From Lama glama (Eukaryota), in the NCBI GenBank assembly GCA_028534125.1, contig CM052817.1, forward strand, positions 28,832,001-28,896,000: a stretch of 64,000 bases of DNA, read 5' to 3'. Shown one piece after another: positions 38,062-50,721 of this stretch. The notes beneath the pieces were generated by a model. It saw only the letters and a program-made list of their open reading frames with translations, had not been told where the DNA came from and ran no database searches. The first letter of the stretch is position 1; each line of letters opens with the position of its first letter. The position numbers and the translations under genes were made by a program.

Positions 38062-40754
38062 GAGGGCTGTGGCCAAGATGGCAGCACTGGAAGACTCTGA
38101 ACTCACGTCCTCCCATGAGCACATCCAAATTACAACTGCTTACAGAGAAACTATCTGTGAGAATGTCCTGAAGACTAGCAGAAAAGATTTTCCATAACTA
38201 AAAATATAAAGAAGCAACCACACGAGACAGGTAGGAGGGGAGGAGATGCAGTATAATCAGGGCCTTTGGGTCAGCAAACCACAAATGGAAGGAATATCCA
38301 ATGTCAGAGGTATTCCCCAAAGAGTGAAGGGTCTGAGTCCCATATTAGGCTTCCATGTCCAAGTCCTACATGGGAAAGACAAGCCCCTGGAAAGTCTGAC
38401 TTTAAAAACCAGCAGGGCTTATGTTTAGAGAGTTGGAAGTCTACAGGAAACAGAGACTCCTCTCTTAAAATGTGTGCACATAATTTCACATGCTACTAGT
38501 CCCAGCAGAAAGGCAGAATTTGAAAGGAGTCTGGGTCAAACGTACTTGCTGACCTGGGAGAGCCTCTCCAAAAGGCAGAAGGCAACTGGGACTCTGCTGG
38601 GGTCAGAAATGTTGGCAATAGAAATGTTGGTGAATTCTACTAAACATTTAACGAAGTATTAATGACTATAATTCTCAAACAATTCCAAGAAATTGAACAG
38701 GAAGGAATGTCTCTGAACTGATTCTATGAGGCCATCATCACCTAATACCAAAGTCAGATAAAAACACCACACACAAAAAGAAAATTAGAAGTCAATGTCA
38801 CTGATGAACATAGATGAAAAAAATCCTCAATAAAATATTAGCAAACCAAATTCAACAATACATTAAAAAGATCATACATGATGATCAAGTGGAATTTTTC
38901 CCAATAATTCAAGAATGGTCCAATACCCACAAATCAATCAATGTGATACACCACATAAAACAAACTAAAGAATAAAAAATGTGATCATCTGAATAGATGC
39001 AAAAAAAAAAAAGCTTTTGAAAATATTCAACATTTATTCATGATAAAAATTGTCAACAAAGTGGCGGAACATACCTCAACATAATAAAGGCCACATATGA
39101 TGAGCCAATAGCTAACATCATACTTGTTGGTGAAAATTTGAAAGTGTTTCCTCTAAGATCATGAACAGGACAAGAATGTCCACGCTCACCATTTTTATTC
39201 AACATAGTGTTGGATGTCGTTGCCATAGCAATGATGAGAAAAAGAAATAAAAGGAATTCAAATTAGAAAGGAATAAGTAAAACGTCACTGTTTGCAGATG
39301 ACATGATACCACATATAGAAAATCCTAAAGACATCACCAAAAGACTGCTAGAATTATACATTAATCTAGTAATGCTGCAAGATACAAGATTAAGATGTAG
39401 AAATCTACTGTGCATCTATACACTATTAACAAATTATAAGAAATAGACATTAAAGAAAACAATTCCATTTAAAATTGCATCAAAAGAAATAAAATGCCTA
39501 GGAATAAATCTATCCAAGGAGGTAAAATACATGTACTCTGAAAACTACAAGATATTGATGAAAGAAATTGAAGAAGGATATACAATGTGCATGGATTCGA
39601 AGAATTAGAATTCTCAAAATGACCACACTCCCCAAGGCATTTTTCATGGAACATAAACAAATAATTCTAAACATGAAAGACTCCAAATGAACAAAGCAAT
39701 CTTGAGAAAGAAGAACAAAGATGGAGGTATCATGCTCCCTGGCTGCAAACTATATTATAAAGCTTCAGTATAATACTGGTACAAAAAAAGAGACATACAG
39801 ATTAATGAAACAGAATAGAGAGCCCATAAATACTCTCATGCTTATATGTTCAGTTAAATCTGTGACCAAGGAGGCAGTGAGGAAAAGAGAATCTCTTCAA
39901 TAAGCAATATTGGGAAAACTGGACAGCTACATGCAAAAGAATCAAACTGGACTACTTTCTCACACCATACACAAAAAGAAACTGAAAATGAATTTCAGAC
40001 TTAAACGTAAGGCCTCAAGCCATAAATCTCCCAGAAGAAAACATAGTCAGTGTGCTCTCTGACATCGGTCTTAGCAATATTCTTTTGGATCTGTCTCCTC
40101 AGGCAAAGGAAACAAAAGCAAAAATAAACACATGGGAATATATCAATGTAAAGCACTTATACACACTGAAGCAAACCATCAATGAAGTAAATCAACCCTC
40201 TGAATGGTAGAAGATATTTGCAAATGATATATCTGATAAAGGGCTAATACCCAAAATACACAAAAAACTAATAAAACTCAACATCAAAACAAACAATTAA
40301 AAAATGGGAAGAATTCAATTAAAAAAATGGAGAGAGGATCTGAACAGACATCTTCCTAAAAAAGACATACAGATGGTCAACAGACACATGAGGTTATACT
40401 CAACATCACTGATTTTCAGGGACATGCAAACAAAACCTCAATGAGATAATACCTCAAACTTGTCAGAATGGCTGTCATCAAAAAGACAACAAATAACAAG
40501 TATTGGTGAGGATGTGGATAAAAGGGAACCCTCGTGAACTGTTGGTGGAACTACTATGGAAAACATTATGTAAGTTCCTCAAAAAATTATAAATAGAACT
40601 GCCAGGCGATCCAGCAGTTTCACTTCCTGATAGCTACCCAAAGAAACAAAAATATCTATTCAAAAAGATATACGCACCCCAATGTTCATAGCAGCATTAT
40701 TTACAATAGCCAAGATATGGAAGAAACCAAAGTGCCCATTGATGGATAAAGAAG

Positions 40755-40798
<44 letters not shown>

Positions 40799-40821
40799 AC
40801 CCTCTGAATGGTTTTATATAC

Positions 40822-40868
<47 letters not shown>

Positions 40869-41356
40869 TGAATGAATATTACTCTGCCATAAAAAATGAA
40901 ATCTTGCCATTTGGGACAACATGGATGGATCTAGAGTGTACAAGTGAAATACATAATACAGAGAAAGATAAATTTCTTATGATCTTCCTTAGACATGGAA
41001 TCTAAAAAATAAAACAAACAAAACAAAGCAAAATAGGCTCATAGATACAGAGAACAAACATATGGTTGCCAGAATGAAGGGGAGTGAAGGGGAGTGGACA
41101 AAATAGGTGAAGGAGATTAAAAGGTACAAACCTACGTTAAAATAAATAAGCCACAGGGATGTCACATACAGCACAAAAACTATGGTTAATAATATAAACT
41201 TTGTATGGGATCAGATGGTTACTAAACCTGTCATGGTGATTATTTCATAAATAATATATAATATATAATATATAACAGCATATAAATATCAAATCACTAT
41301 GTAGTACACCTGAAACTAACATACTATTGTACGTCAACATTTCAGTTAAAAGAAAA
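38062..41356 (+). mobile_element. L1 (L1MA9-like) with 5'UTR, RT-to-C-terminal ORF2 and 3'UTR; ORF1 and endonuclease absent; inserted into an older L1ME (about 37830-38060 and 41360-41950)
   Basis: 5' end 'ggccaagatggcagcactggaagactctgaactcac'. ORF2 begins at 38629 (GEFY*TFNEVLMTIILKQFQEIEQEG); RT motif F-A-D-D at 39291-39302; many stops and frameshifts. 3'UTR ends 'atcactatgtagtacacctgaaactaac...ttcagttaaaa'. Confidence 0.9.
40761..40865. repeat. Compound microsatellite (TG)n + spacer + (TA)n
   Basis: TG run 40761-40795; TA-rich run 40814-40865. Confidence 0.95.
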
Positions 41357-42846
41357 GAGGAGAGGACATTCCCAGGAAATTGTCTCAAATTACAGCCTCC
41401 TTTAAAAAATGGAAATTAAAATGATATGTCATTTCTGAGTATCAATTTGCCCAAAATAAAAACATTGTGATTATTATTTAGTGTTAGAGAGAATGTGAGG
41501 TTAGTGCTCCAAAACAATATGCCTGATGTGAGTGTAAATCACAATATTATTAGAGAACAATTTGACATTTTATGTCAAAAATTGAAATCACATACTCTGA
41601 ACCCAGTAATTCCAGTTAAGGGATCTATTATAGAAATATTCATATACATCTGCAAAGAAGTCCTTTGCAATACGATGATACAAATAAAGGAAAAATGTAT
41701 ATATACTTACTAAAAGGGGTATGGATAAATTCATTTTTAGAACATCCAAGCTATTAAATAATTATTTTTTTAAAAAGATAGATATATTAATACAAATATA
41801 TATTGCTGTTTTAAAAAGCATGTTGCTGAGTAGTTATATATTGTTATCATTCTCTTCTAAATCACACATGTTAGGGGAAATATTGATAAATAGATCTGAA
41901 TGACACAAGCATGGGCTTATATTAATTTTTCTCTTCATTCCATTTTTGTGTTAAGTCTTTTCAATAAGAATAATATGTATTATTAATTCTTTGGATGGGA
42001 ACTAGATTACATGCATGTGACATTGAAACGACACTTTTATTCATTAACAAGATGATCATGTACCGCCATAAGCACTTTAAAAACCTCTCAATGCAGTGGT
42101 TTTACAAATTAAAGTGATGCTTTCTTCGACTTTCACTTTATCAAAAGGAGGGTTATGATTACCAGTTCCACTATTTAGAAACTCTTAACAATATAAACAT
42201 ATGACATTTTAATGATGAAATGATGTTTTTTTCTATTGAATCCCTATCCAAAACAAAAATGCCCTTTGTGTATTGTACATACGCTCCTGACAGGCATTCA
42301 CACTGAAGTTTCATGTAAAAATTCAGTAATACCTGAAACATAATTTAGAAAGTCAAGCTAGTCTATTCAGTGCTGTCCTGAACTTCAGAAGTAAATTCAA
42401 ACTGCACAAATATCATTGAACTATTATTATGAAAGCATATTAAACAATTTCATTTTTCTCTTTTAAAGGTGTCTCATGTATTCCTAAAACATTTAACAGT
42501 TGAAGATACACGGCATAGTAAGAAAGAAACAAAAACACTTAGTGAGGTCGAGTTAGTTGTGTTCAAATACGTACAGTGTTGTCATGTGGAGAAGATGAGA
42601 CAGACACACATTCTCTGGCTCTAGAGGCTGAACTTAGTCAGATGTGTGGAGATAGCAGAGCAGAAGAATGATTTTAGCAGTATAAGAAACTTCTAAGCTT
42701 TCACTTTTTATCATTTAATTCTCTACTACCTGCATAGGTTTTTTTTTTTTAAGAAACGTATTATTTTTAGAATGAAAAAAAATCACATTCAGAAAAAAAA
42801 AGTAGAGAAAAAGGAAGTAGAGTCATGGAATTTTCAAGAATTGATA

Positions 42847-42990
42847 TAGGGGAGGGTATACCTCAGTGGCAGAGCACGTGCTTAGCATAAATGAGGTCAT
42901 GGGTCCAATCCCCAGTACCTTGGTTAAATAAAAAATAATAAATAAATAAACCTAATTACCCACCTCCAAGAAAAAAAATTAAAAAAAAAA
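42847..42990 (+). mobile_element. tRNA-derived camelid SINE (Vic-1-like)
   Basis: ggggagggtatacctcagtggcagagc...gggtccaatccccagtacc...aaacctaattacc plus poly-A. TSD aag(a/g)attgata at 42836-42846 and 42991-43001. Confidence 0.92.
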
Positions 42991-43689
42991 AAGGATTGAT
43001 ACCGAAAGTAACTTTAGTATTGTCAGATAATGGAAAAGGTTTTCTCAAAGAGTATCATTCTTCATCCCAGGAAGCTTTCCAATGGATAGTAGGCAATTAA
43101 ATTCCAGAGATACATAGGCCAAGTTCCTAATTTAGTTTGAATTAAAAGATCTCTAAACTCTATCTGAAATACAATAGACTAACACAGCATTATAACATTT
43201 AGTCCTGCACATATATGAACATTACTCTAAATGTAATTAATCTCCAGGAGCCTAACACAACTGGAAACATGTCCATAGGAAGTGACTCATTTTGTGAGTA
43301 ACATGGAGGCATCCCAGGGAATGGAAAAAGGGTTAAATATCAATCCTAACTGAACTTGAATGCTCTGCCAAAAAAATTATATTTATTTTATTTTAATTCC
43401 TGGAAAAATTAAATCATAGGGTATCTTTCTCTTTATTCACTTAATAATACAAGTTTCTATGGAAAAAATATTAAAAATAGTTACACCAAGATTTGACTTT
43501 CTAATTCTCTAATCCTCTGTTTCCCTAAACCTTTCTTTAAATAAATTATCATGTTTTAACAGATTAAAATAAATAAGGGATAACAGCAGAATGTATAGAT
43601 ATATGGGAGGGAGAATATGCTGGCTCCAGAAATCTTACTACAGTATGTATCCATATTTAGCAAAGCATTTGCTACTAAATTTTAGAGAG

Positions 43690-44186
43690 AACTGCCTGGT
43701 GGATGCCAGACTGTCTTCTATGATCTCCCTCTAAGGAGGAGTAACTCTTCTTAAAAATACGCAACTTTCTTTGAGGAATTATAAGCTGTTCTCTTTTCCT
43801 CATTGTGTGTGTAGCACTGGTGAAAAGATAATTTTCAGAAACCATATTCTACTAAAGCCCAAAGACAACATTTCCCTCTCTTTACACAGGAGAGTCAGGA
43901 AGTGATTTAAGTTGGGTGAATTAAGTGCTCTGTGCTGTGAATATCACACTTGAGAAAAAGAGGCCAGAATAAGCAAGAACAGGTATAGCAAAGTTGTCTC
44001 AGAGGCAGCATGCTTTCAAATCTCCATTCATGCTCCCAGAACTTCAGGGCTGCCTTAGTTCTCACTTATTTTCAAAACAGATCCCCAGGATCCCAGAAAT
44101 CTGGACTCTCACCTATATTCTTCTCCTTTGCATAACTTAGCCAAATTCATTTTCTGTTGCTGGCAGCCAAAATCCTTCAATTATCA
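43690..44186 (+). mobile_element. Old ERVL/MaLR-type solo LTR (LTR33-like)
   Basis: 3' end 'ttgcataacttagccaaattcattttctgttgctggcagccaaaatccttcaattatca' resembles LTR33-family termini. 5' boundary uncertain. Confidence 0.5.
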
Positions 44187-44309
44187 GGTGAGTGACAAAG
44201 TTATAGCACTAAATTCAGATACACAGTAAGAATTACTATTCCTAATATAAAATAATTTTAGAAGATTTACATGGATGCCAGAGACATAGTTTTGTGAGGG
44301 TGCTAGATA

Positions 44310-45560
44310 CATATTAGTTTGAAAAACACTCTGTTTACAGCAGTAGGAAAACCAGCCAAATACTAGGATTAAATCTCATTAAAGGCATGCAAGACCCCTT
44401 CACAGAAAAATATAACATTTCTCTGAGAGAAAATAAAGAAGATCTAAAAAACTGGAGAGATACACGTGTTCATAGATTTGAAGTCTCAAAATTTCAAGAT
44501 GTTAATTCTCCCCAAATTGCTCTAAGGATTAAATGAAATCCAAGTAAAAATTGCAACTTTGTGTGATGTATGTGCATTTGTGTTTGTAACTTGACAAGTT
44601 GCTACTTCATGTGGAAATGCAGAGTCAATAGCTAAGATGCTACTGGGGAAGAACAAGGCTAAAAGACTTGCTCTATGGGATATCAGGAGTTACAAAAATA
44701 CAATTATCAAAACAATGTTGTATTGGCACAGGGACAGACAAGTGAACAAATAAACGGGACAAAATGGAGAGTTCATTACCAGATGCATGCATATACGGAC
44801 AACTGATTTTTAACTAAGTTAGCACTTCATACAGCGGGGAAGGGACAGTCTCTTTCAATAAACAATTCTAGGGCAATTTAACATCTGCATGGAGTAAAAT
44901 GAAACTTGACATCTATCTCACATAACACGTAAAAACCAATTCCAGGTAAACTGTACAGCAAAATGTGAAAGGTAAAACAATAAAGCTTCCAGAATATAAT
45001 ACAGGAAAGTAGCTTAATGACAGTTCAGGGAAAGATTTCTTAAACAGGACGGAATAAGCAATAACCATGAAGAAAAAGACTGATACACTGGACTATATAA
45101 AAATTAATCATTTTTGTTTCCAGCAGACATTAAGAAAGTAAAAAGGTAAAACTGCGTATCCTGGGAGAAGATATTTAGAACAAACACAAGAAACACAGGA
45201 TTTTTACACTTTGTGTGTGTGTGATCATACAAATCCACAGAGAGGAAAGAAAAGATAAGGCAAGAGATTTAAACAAAAACTTCACAAATTGCCAAATGGA
45301 ACTCAACCTAAATGGTCAGATATGCAAATTAAAAGTAACTGAAGACACCAGAACATGCCCATCAGAGTAACTAGAATTTAAAAACCTGACAAGTCCCAAT
45401 GGTTGGTAAGGATGTGAAGCAATGGGGAAAAGTCTCAAGTGGGAGTGCATAATTATACCATGTCAGAAGCAGGTTAGCATTATCCAAGGGGGTTGAAGAT
45501 ACATATTCTTAGCAGCTCTGCACTGAAGTATACACCCAATAGACATCAAGATAGAAATTA
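44310..45560 (+). mobile_element. Old L1M ORF2 3' fragment
   Basis: 'gagagaaaataaagaagatctaaaaaactggagagatacacgtgttcataga...gatgttaattctccccaaattg...gtattggcacagggacagaca'. Confidence 0.8.
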
Positions 45561-48050
45561 GAAACATTAATAAAAGAGCACTGTGAATTTTGTTTTATTA
45601 CTTTTTTCCTACCTAGATTCATGCATTCAGCAATTGTTTCTTCTACTAACTGCCTTTTCCTAATGTGTCAAGTATTTGATTTTCATACTCTATTGATATT
45701 TTATTGAAATTAATGGCAAGATAAAGCTTGTAACAGGAATAAAATTAATTGAATTTTGAATATGTCATTGACAAAATATGTGATCATCCAAGTCATCAGT
45801 TATTTGTAGACTGGACAGTAAACACACCTCAGAGACCAAGAAGGAAATTATGTAGGAAAACCTAGTGGAACTGTTTCTTGTGTACTTCCTCTTGCACTGA
45901 AGTGATAGAATATTCAAAACCCTCAACATAACTAATTGATTTTATGTAAATGTCATTGACTTCTTTGCTTACTTAACTCTGGTATTAGGGTCTTGCTGAT
46001 TGTGAGGCTTAATTCAAAGTTTAAACACTTGTAGAACACTTATCTTTTCTCTAGTTTTAAACAAAATTTCTAGCCCCAAAGACCATTTTGAATAAATTCA
46101 ACACTGATCTGAGATCAGATGAGACCAGACTGAGAACACATTAAGAAATTTATTATTAAAAATTTGCCTGGAGTTCTCCCCTAAACATTTTGGAGACAGT
46201 ACAGCTTAACAAAATTATACATTTTTTATTCTAACTTTTGTGTTGCAGAGTGAATAGATGTACATGTGACATTTTAAAAAATAAGGAATAATGCATTACT
46301 TCAGCAGCGTAAAAGCACAGTTGATTATTACATTAAGGATACACATACAGGAGCAAAACTATTTACCCTTAGGAAAAGGGGACTGGAACTGTTTCAGTGA
46401 ATTTTTTCAGTAGATAGAAGTTAGCAATTCAACACCTAAATATGTTTTATTTTATAATTTAATAACGTATTTTATTCATAGAAAGAAAAGCTTGGAACAT
46501 ATAAATTATAAATTCAACATAATGAAAAAGTAGATTATCCACATTGCTTCGAACACACCGTCCAAATTCTCTAAGAAGCTACAAAATTTTCACTAGCATC
46601 ATGTATTCCTGGCCTCAAAGAAAAGATGAGTTGTTTAAAGCCCTGCTTCCTATTAGGCTTTGCACACTTACTGCAATTACTGTATGTAACTCGCTGTCAG
46701 CGCCATCCAGGATTCTACTGTTATCTTTCATGGACAATTTCATAAAATTCTTACAGAAAACTTACAAGCAGTCAATAGAACTGAAGCTGCCATAAGGAAC
46801 ACAACAACGCTAAATGGATGGCTTTAATTATCTTTACAGCTGCTGGAAGTCTGGAGAGGTAGACCACAAACAAGTATTTTCTTTATTAAATAAATTGAGT
46901 GTTCTTTTTCAAACAGCCAGGAATATCAAGAGAACAGAATGGAAAGAGAATCTTTCCACTTAATGCATTTGTTAAAAACTAACCAAAGGAAAACACAGAA
47001 ATCCTTGAGGGATCCTTTCAGGAAAGCAATCATAAAAATTCAGCATTTGAAGGTTTTAAATTTTTTTCTAAAGATTAACCAGTCAATATAAATGCACAGC
47101 AAACAGTTTTTTAAACTTCAGATTGACAGATGTTAAGTATCTCTTAAAGGTGAAATCTAGACAAGCCTTCTATTTGGGAGCCCTTCTGTGCTTTTTATGT
47201 TTCATTTATTTATGGGTATATTTCTTTCGACTTGGCTTTTTGCCATTTAATTCCCAATATTGCTTCTTCAGTTTTCTCAAATGCTCTTTTCTTTTCCTCT
47301 CCCCTTTGACCAAAGTCCATTATCATCTCTTCATTCTCCATCTCAAAGCAGAATTTTCCTGAGAGACATCATTAAAATCCTTCACATGCCTTATGCTTAC
47401 CTGATCTCATGCAAGGTGAAATTTTTCTTTCTTGATTTTACTCATTCCAAGTTTTTCACTGACATAATTTATCTGTCACTGCAATAGCTCTAGGGTTCAT
47501 TTATCATGTTCATTTGTGAAGATCCTTATCTAATAAGGAAGGCTATGAAATCATCTTCACTGGGGATAATTAAGACCACAAGAATTGTCTTCCTGTCAGA
47601 TATGGTTTAGGAAAATCTTTCCTGAAAATACAGAAAAAGTATTAAACAGGTTAAGAAGGCTTTATTAGTCTTATGGTGTATAATGAGATACTATGTGATT
47701 ATCTGGGGTATTTTTTAACATGCTCTTCTGAACAAAAAGGACACTCATTTAGTAATACAATAGAATCTTATGTGTTCTGATGGTTTGGAATCAGAAATAA
47801 ACTTGATATTTTTAAAAAATACAAAGTATCAGTTAAAAATGCCTCAGATTCTTTCCTTAACGGGAATAGATCTGTCAAACTCTGACACATTAGGAGACAT
47901 TTCCACTGTTATAACCACTGTAAGCTAATTTTCTAGATAATAATAATAATAAATATACTCAAAGTGATGTGCATTCTGCATTGCTAAGGTCATCTAAGAT
48001 GTCTTCTTAAACTAATACAGGAAAAACACAATTATCCCAAATTTTGTTAA

Positions 48051-48543
48051 TTTTTTTCTCATAGTTTGTATCTGCTAATCTCAAACTCCTAATTTACCCC
48101 TTCCCTACCCTCTTTCCCCTCTGGTAACCAACCATAAGTGTGTTTTCTATGTCTGTCAGTCTGTTTCTGTTTTATAAACAAGTTCATTTTGTCTTTTTTT
48201 TTAAGATCCCCATATGTAAGTGATATCATATGATATTTGTCATTCTCTCTCTGACTTACTTCACTTGGTGTGACAATCTTTAGGTCCATCCGTGTTGCTG
48301 CAAATGGCATTATTTCATTCTTTTTGATGGTTGAGTAGTATTCCATTGTACATGTGTACCACAGCTTCTTTATCCAATCATCTGTTGATGGACATTTAGG
48401 CTTCTTCCATATCTTGGCTATTCTAAACAGTGCTGCTATGAACATTGGGGTGCATGTGTCTTTTCAACTTAGAGTTTTCTCCATGTTTGTGCCTAGGAAT
48501 GGGACTGCTGGATCATATGGCAACTCTATCTTTAGTATTTTAA
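48051..48543 (-). mobile_element. Artiodactyl/camelid L1 fragment (ORF2 C-terminus plus partial 3'UTR)
   Basis: ORF 48089..48445 (MFIAALFRIAKIWKKPKCPSTDDWIKKLWYTCTMEYY...) is the L1 ORF2 C-terminus. Flanking direct repeat ccaaattttgt at 48037-48047 and 48544-48554. Confidence 0.92.
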
Positions 48544-48699
48544 CCAAATTTTGTCCACTTTTAATGGTGTAATGAGGAAAAAAACTCTCTATGAGAGATA
48601 ATCCTGAAACAATAGGATCATTTTGACTATTAAAAAGGTAAATGATGCCTTAATTCACCAAATGGTAATTGAAAACTCTCTTTGTGTCTGATATAGTTC

Positions 48700-49630
48700 T
48701 AAGTGTATAAGCTTGCATGAATATAACACTGGCTATGCTATTGAATGCCTTGTAGTCTCTTAAGAAAGGCCTTTACACGAGTAACTATTACTCAAAGTAG
48801 TACCTGTTAAGTGCCATAAGAAGGTAAAAATTAGTGTCTGATAAATATCAAGAAGAAAAAGGTCATTAATTTTAGACTGGCTACATTTGATCAGGAATTT
48901 GAAGATGTCATGTCAGGTTGCATTAAGGACTTGGCAGCATTACAATAAATGATGAAGACAGAGGGAAGAACTTCCAGGCAGCAGAAATATAAATAGAGGT
49001 GGAGGTATAGGATGAGAGAAGCCCAGATAGTTCAGGGGAGTTCTGAATGGGCTTTGGCTAAAATCTGGGCCATATATTAATGAGTTAATGTATTGAGAGG
49101 TGTTGTCTGAGCTCAAAATTTGGTTGATTTTATATGTCAAGTTAAGAATTCTGGACTTTCTTCTTTAGACAGCTGAGAAATATCAAGAGGACGAGCATTA
49201 GTTTTATTTAACCATAACCCAAACTTTTATGAGTTTGTTGATAAAACCTCATTTTATAGTTAAGGACATAACTTAGAGAGATTAGAGAATGTGTACAAAT
49301 ATGCAGAAGTAGTAAGTGGTTTTTATTCTAAAACCTATATTCTTTCTACACCACAAAGCAGAACAGTTACTATAATAATATGAGCAATGTAGTGATTGTG
49401 GAAGATCAAACAGAGTGCAGCATATGGGGCAAAACAGTGAAGGAGAAGACTGAAGTCAGAGACATCGTGAAGTTATTATAAAAATAGTTCAAGCGAGATG
49501 AAATGGAAACCTGCAATAATTGTAGTAGGAAAGTAATGGGAAAGAAATACATAAAATAATACTGCAAAGAATCTACAAAGCTTCTTTCCTGAATTATAAA
49601 GGGAATACCAGGATAACTTCAAGTGGCTAT
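48700..49630 (-). mobile_element. L2 fragments (with MIR-like piece about 49240-49350)
   Basis: 'gggaagaacttccaggcagcagaaata', 'gtcaagttaagaattctggactttcttc', 'gaagactgaagtcagagacatc...aatagttcaagcgagatg' match antisense L2. Confidence 0.6.
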
Positions 49631-50721
49631 TTCTTTCTAAGTTAAAGTTAAATTTCTTAATTAAAACTTTAACACAGTTAAGACCCCTCAAAATGAATAA
49701 ACAGCAGATATTTAAATACTAAGACATAGCTCAGAAACCCAAAACATAATTCTCTAAATACCAAAAATGTTGTAAGACATAATATTTAAGCTATCTGCTT
49801 TGCTTTTTTTGGTGTTGTTGTTTCTATACTTTGGGTTAAAATAACCTGGTAGCATTAGACAAAAATAAGCATGGTGTTATATGGATTAAAATAATTCTTG
49901 AAATTGATGTTTTCAAATCATTCACACCAGAAAGGAGCTTATACGCAAGATGGTAATTTAACCTAGAAGCTAGAGGAATTAAAAATGCATTTCTTTTTCA
50001 ATTCAACTGAAAGCATTATTAATTCTAAGTATTTCCTTGAAACCTGTCACCATGGTATCAAATCACAGAACTATTAGAAGAGAAACATTAAAAGGAACTG
50101 AAACTGCTACGTCTTTTTATTACATTGTAAGTCATATCAAAGCTTAGGAACCAAGAGAAATACATCCAAGTTATTTATTCTGAGGTTAAAGGGGGACACT
50201 GAAAAAAATATATCTTTGATGTATACCTGCACATGTTAATACTGAGACTAGAGCGAGTCTTCAAGATCACAGATCAGGAACTAGGGCGTCTGAGAACTCA
50301 CTGCCTCTGGCATCAGTGAATGAAGTTCACTGCATGCCAACAAGGACAAAGATTACAGACTTGAGTAAAATGAGAAGCTGAAAGAAGGACCAGGGCAGAG
50401 AGGAAAGATGTCAGAAAACATAATTTCTCTTCTAGGCAACATCTATAATTTGCACTGATTTTTGAATAGTCCTTGGTGTGTTACTAAACAACATAAAAAT
50501 TGTGTTAAAATTGGGCATTATGAAAGTGTTCCTGCTAGTGATTTTATCCTAAATTAAAGACTGTTAGAATATATAGAAGTCACGGTTTTGCCTTTCAAGC
50601 AGACTACTCCAAAGTAGAAAAGGAGTCAACTCTGCATGTAAATCTATAGTCACATTTATATCCTAGTATAAATAACACAGAGACGTTTGAGGGTTCCAAG
50701 AACTGGCAAAAAATATCTGTG

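Noticed and set aside
46108..46131. tctgagatcagatgagaccagac resembles antisense 5S rRNA / AmnSINE1 head
   Set aside because: Only about 23 nt with 5 mismatches, and similarity does not extend on either side.
46726..46743. MKLSMK recalls the human CNGA1 N-terminus
   Set aside because: Similarity stops after six residues and no other CNGA1-like exon is present.
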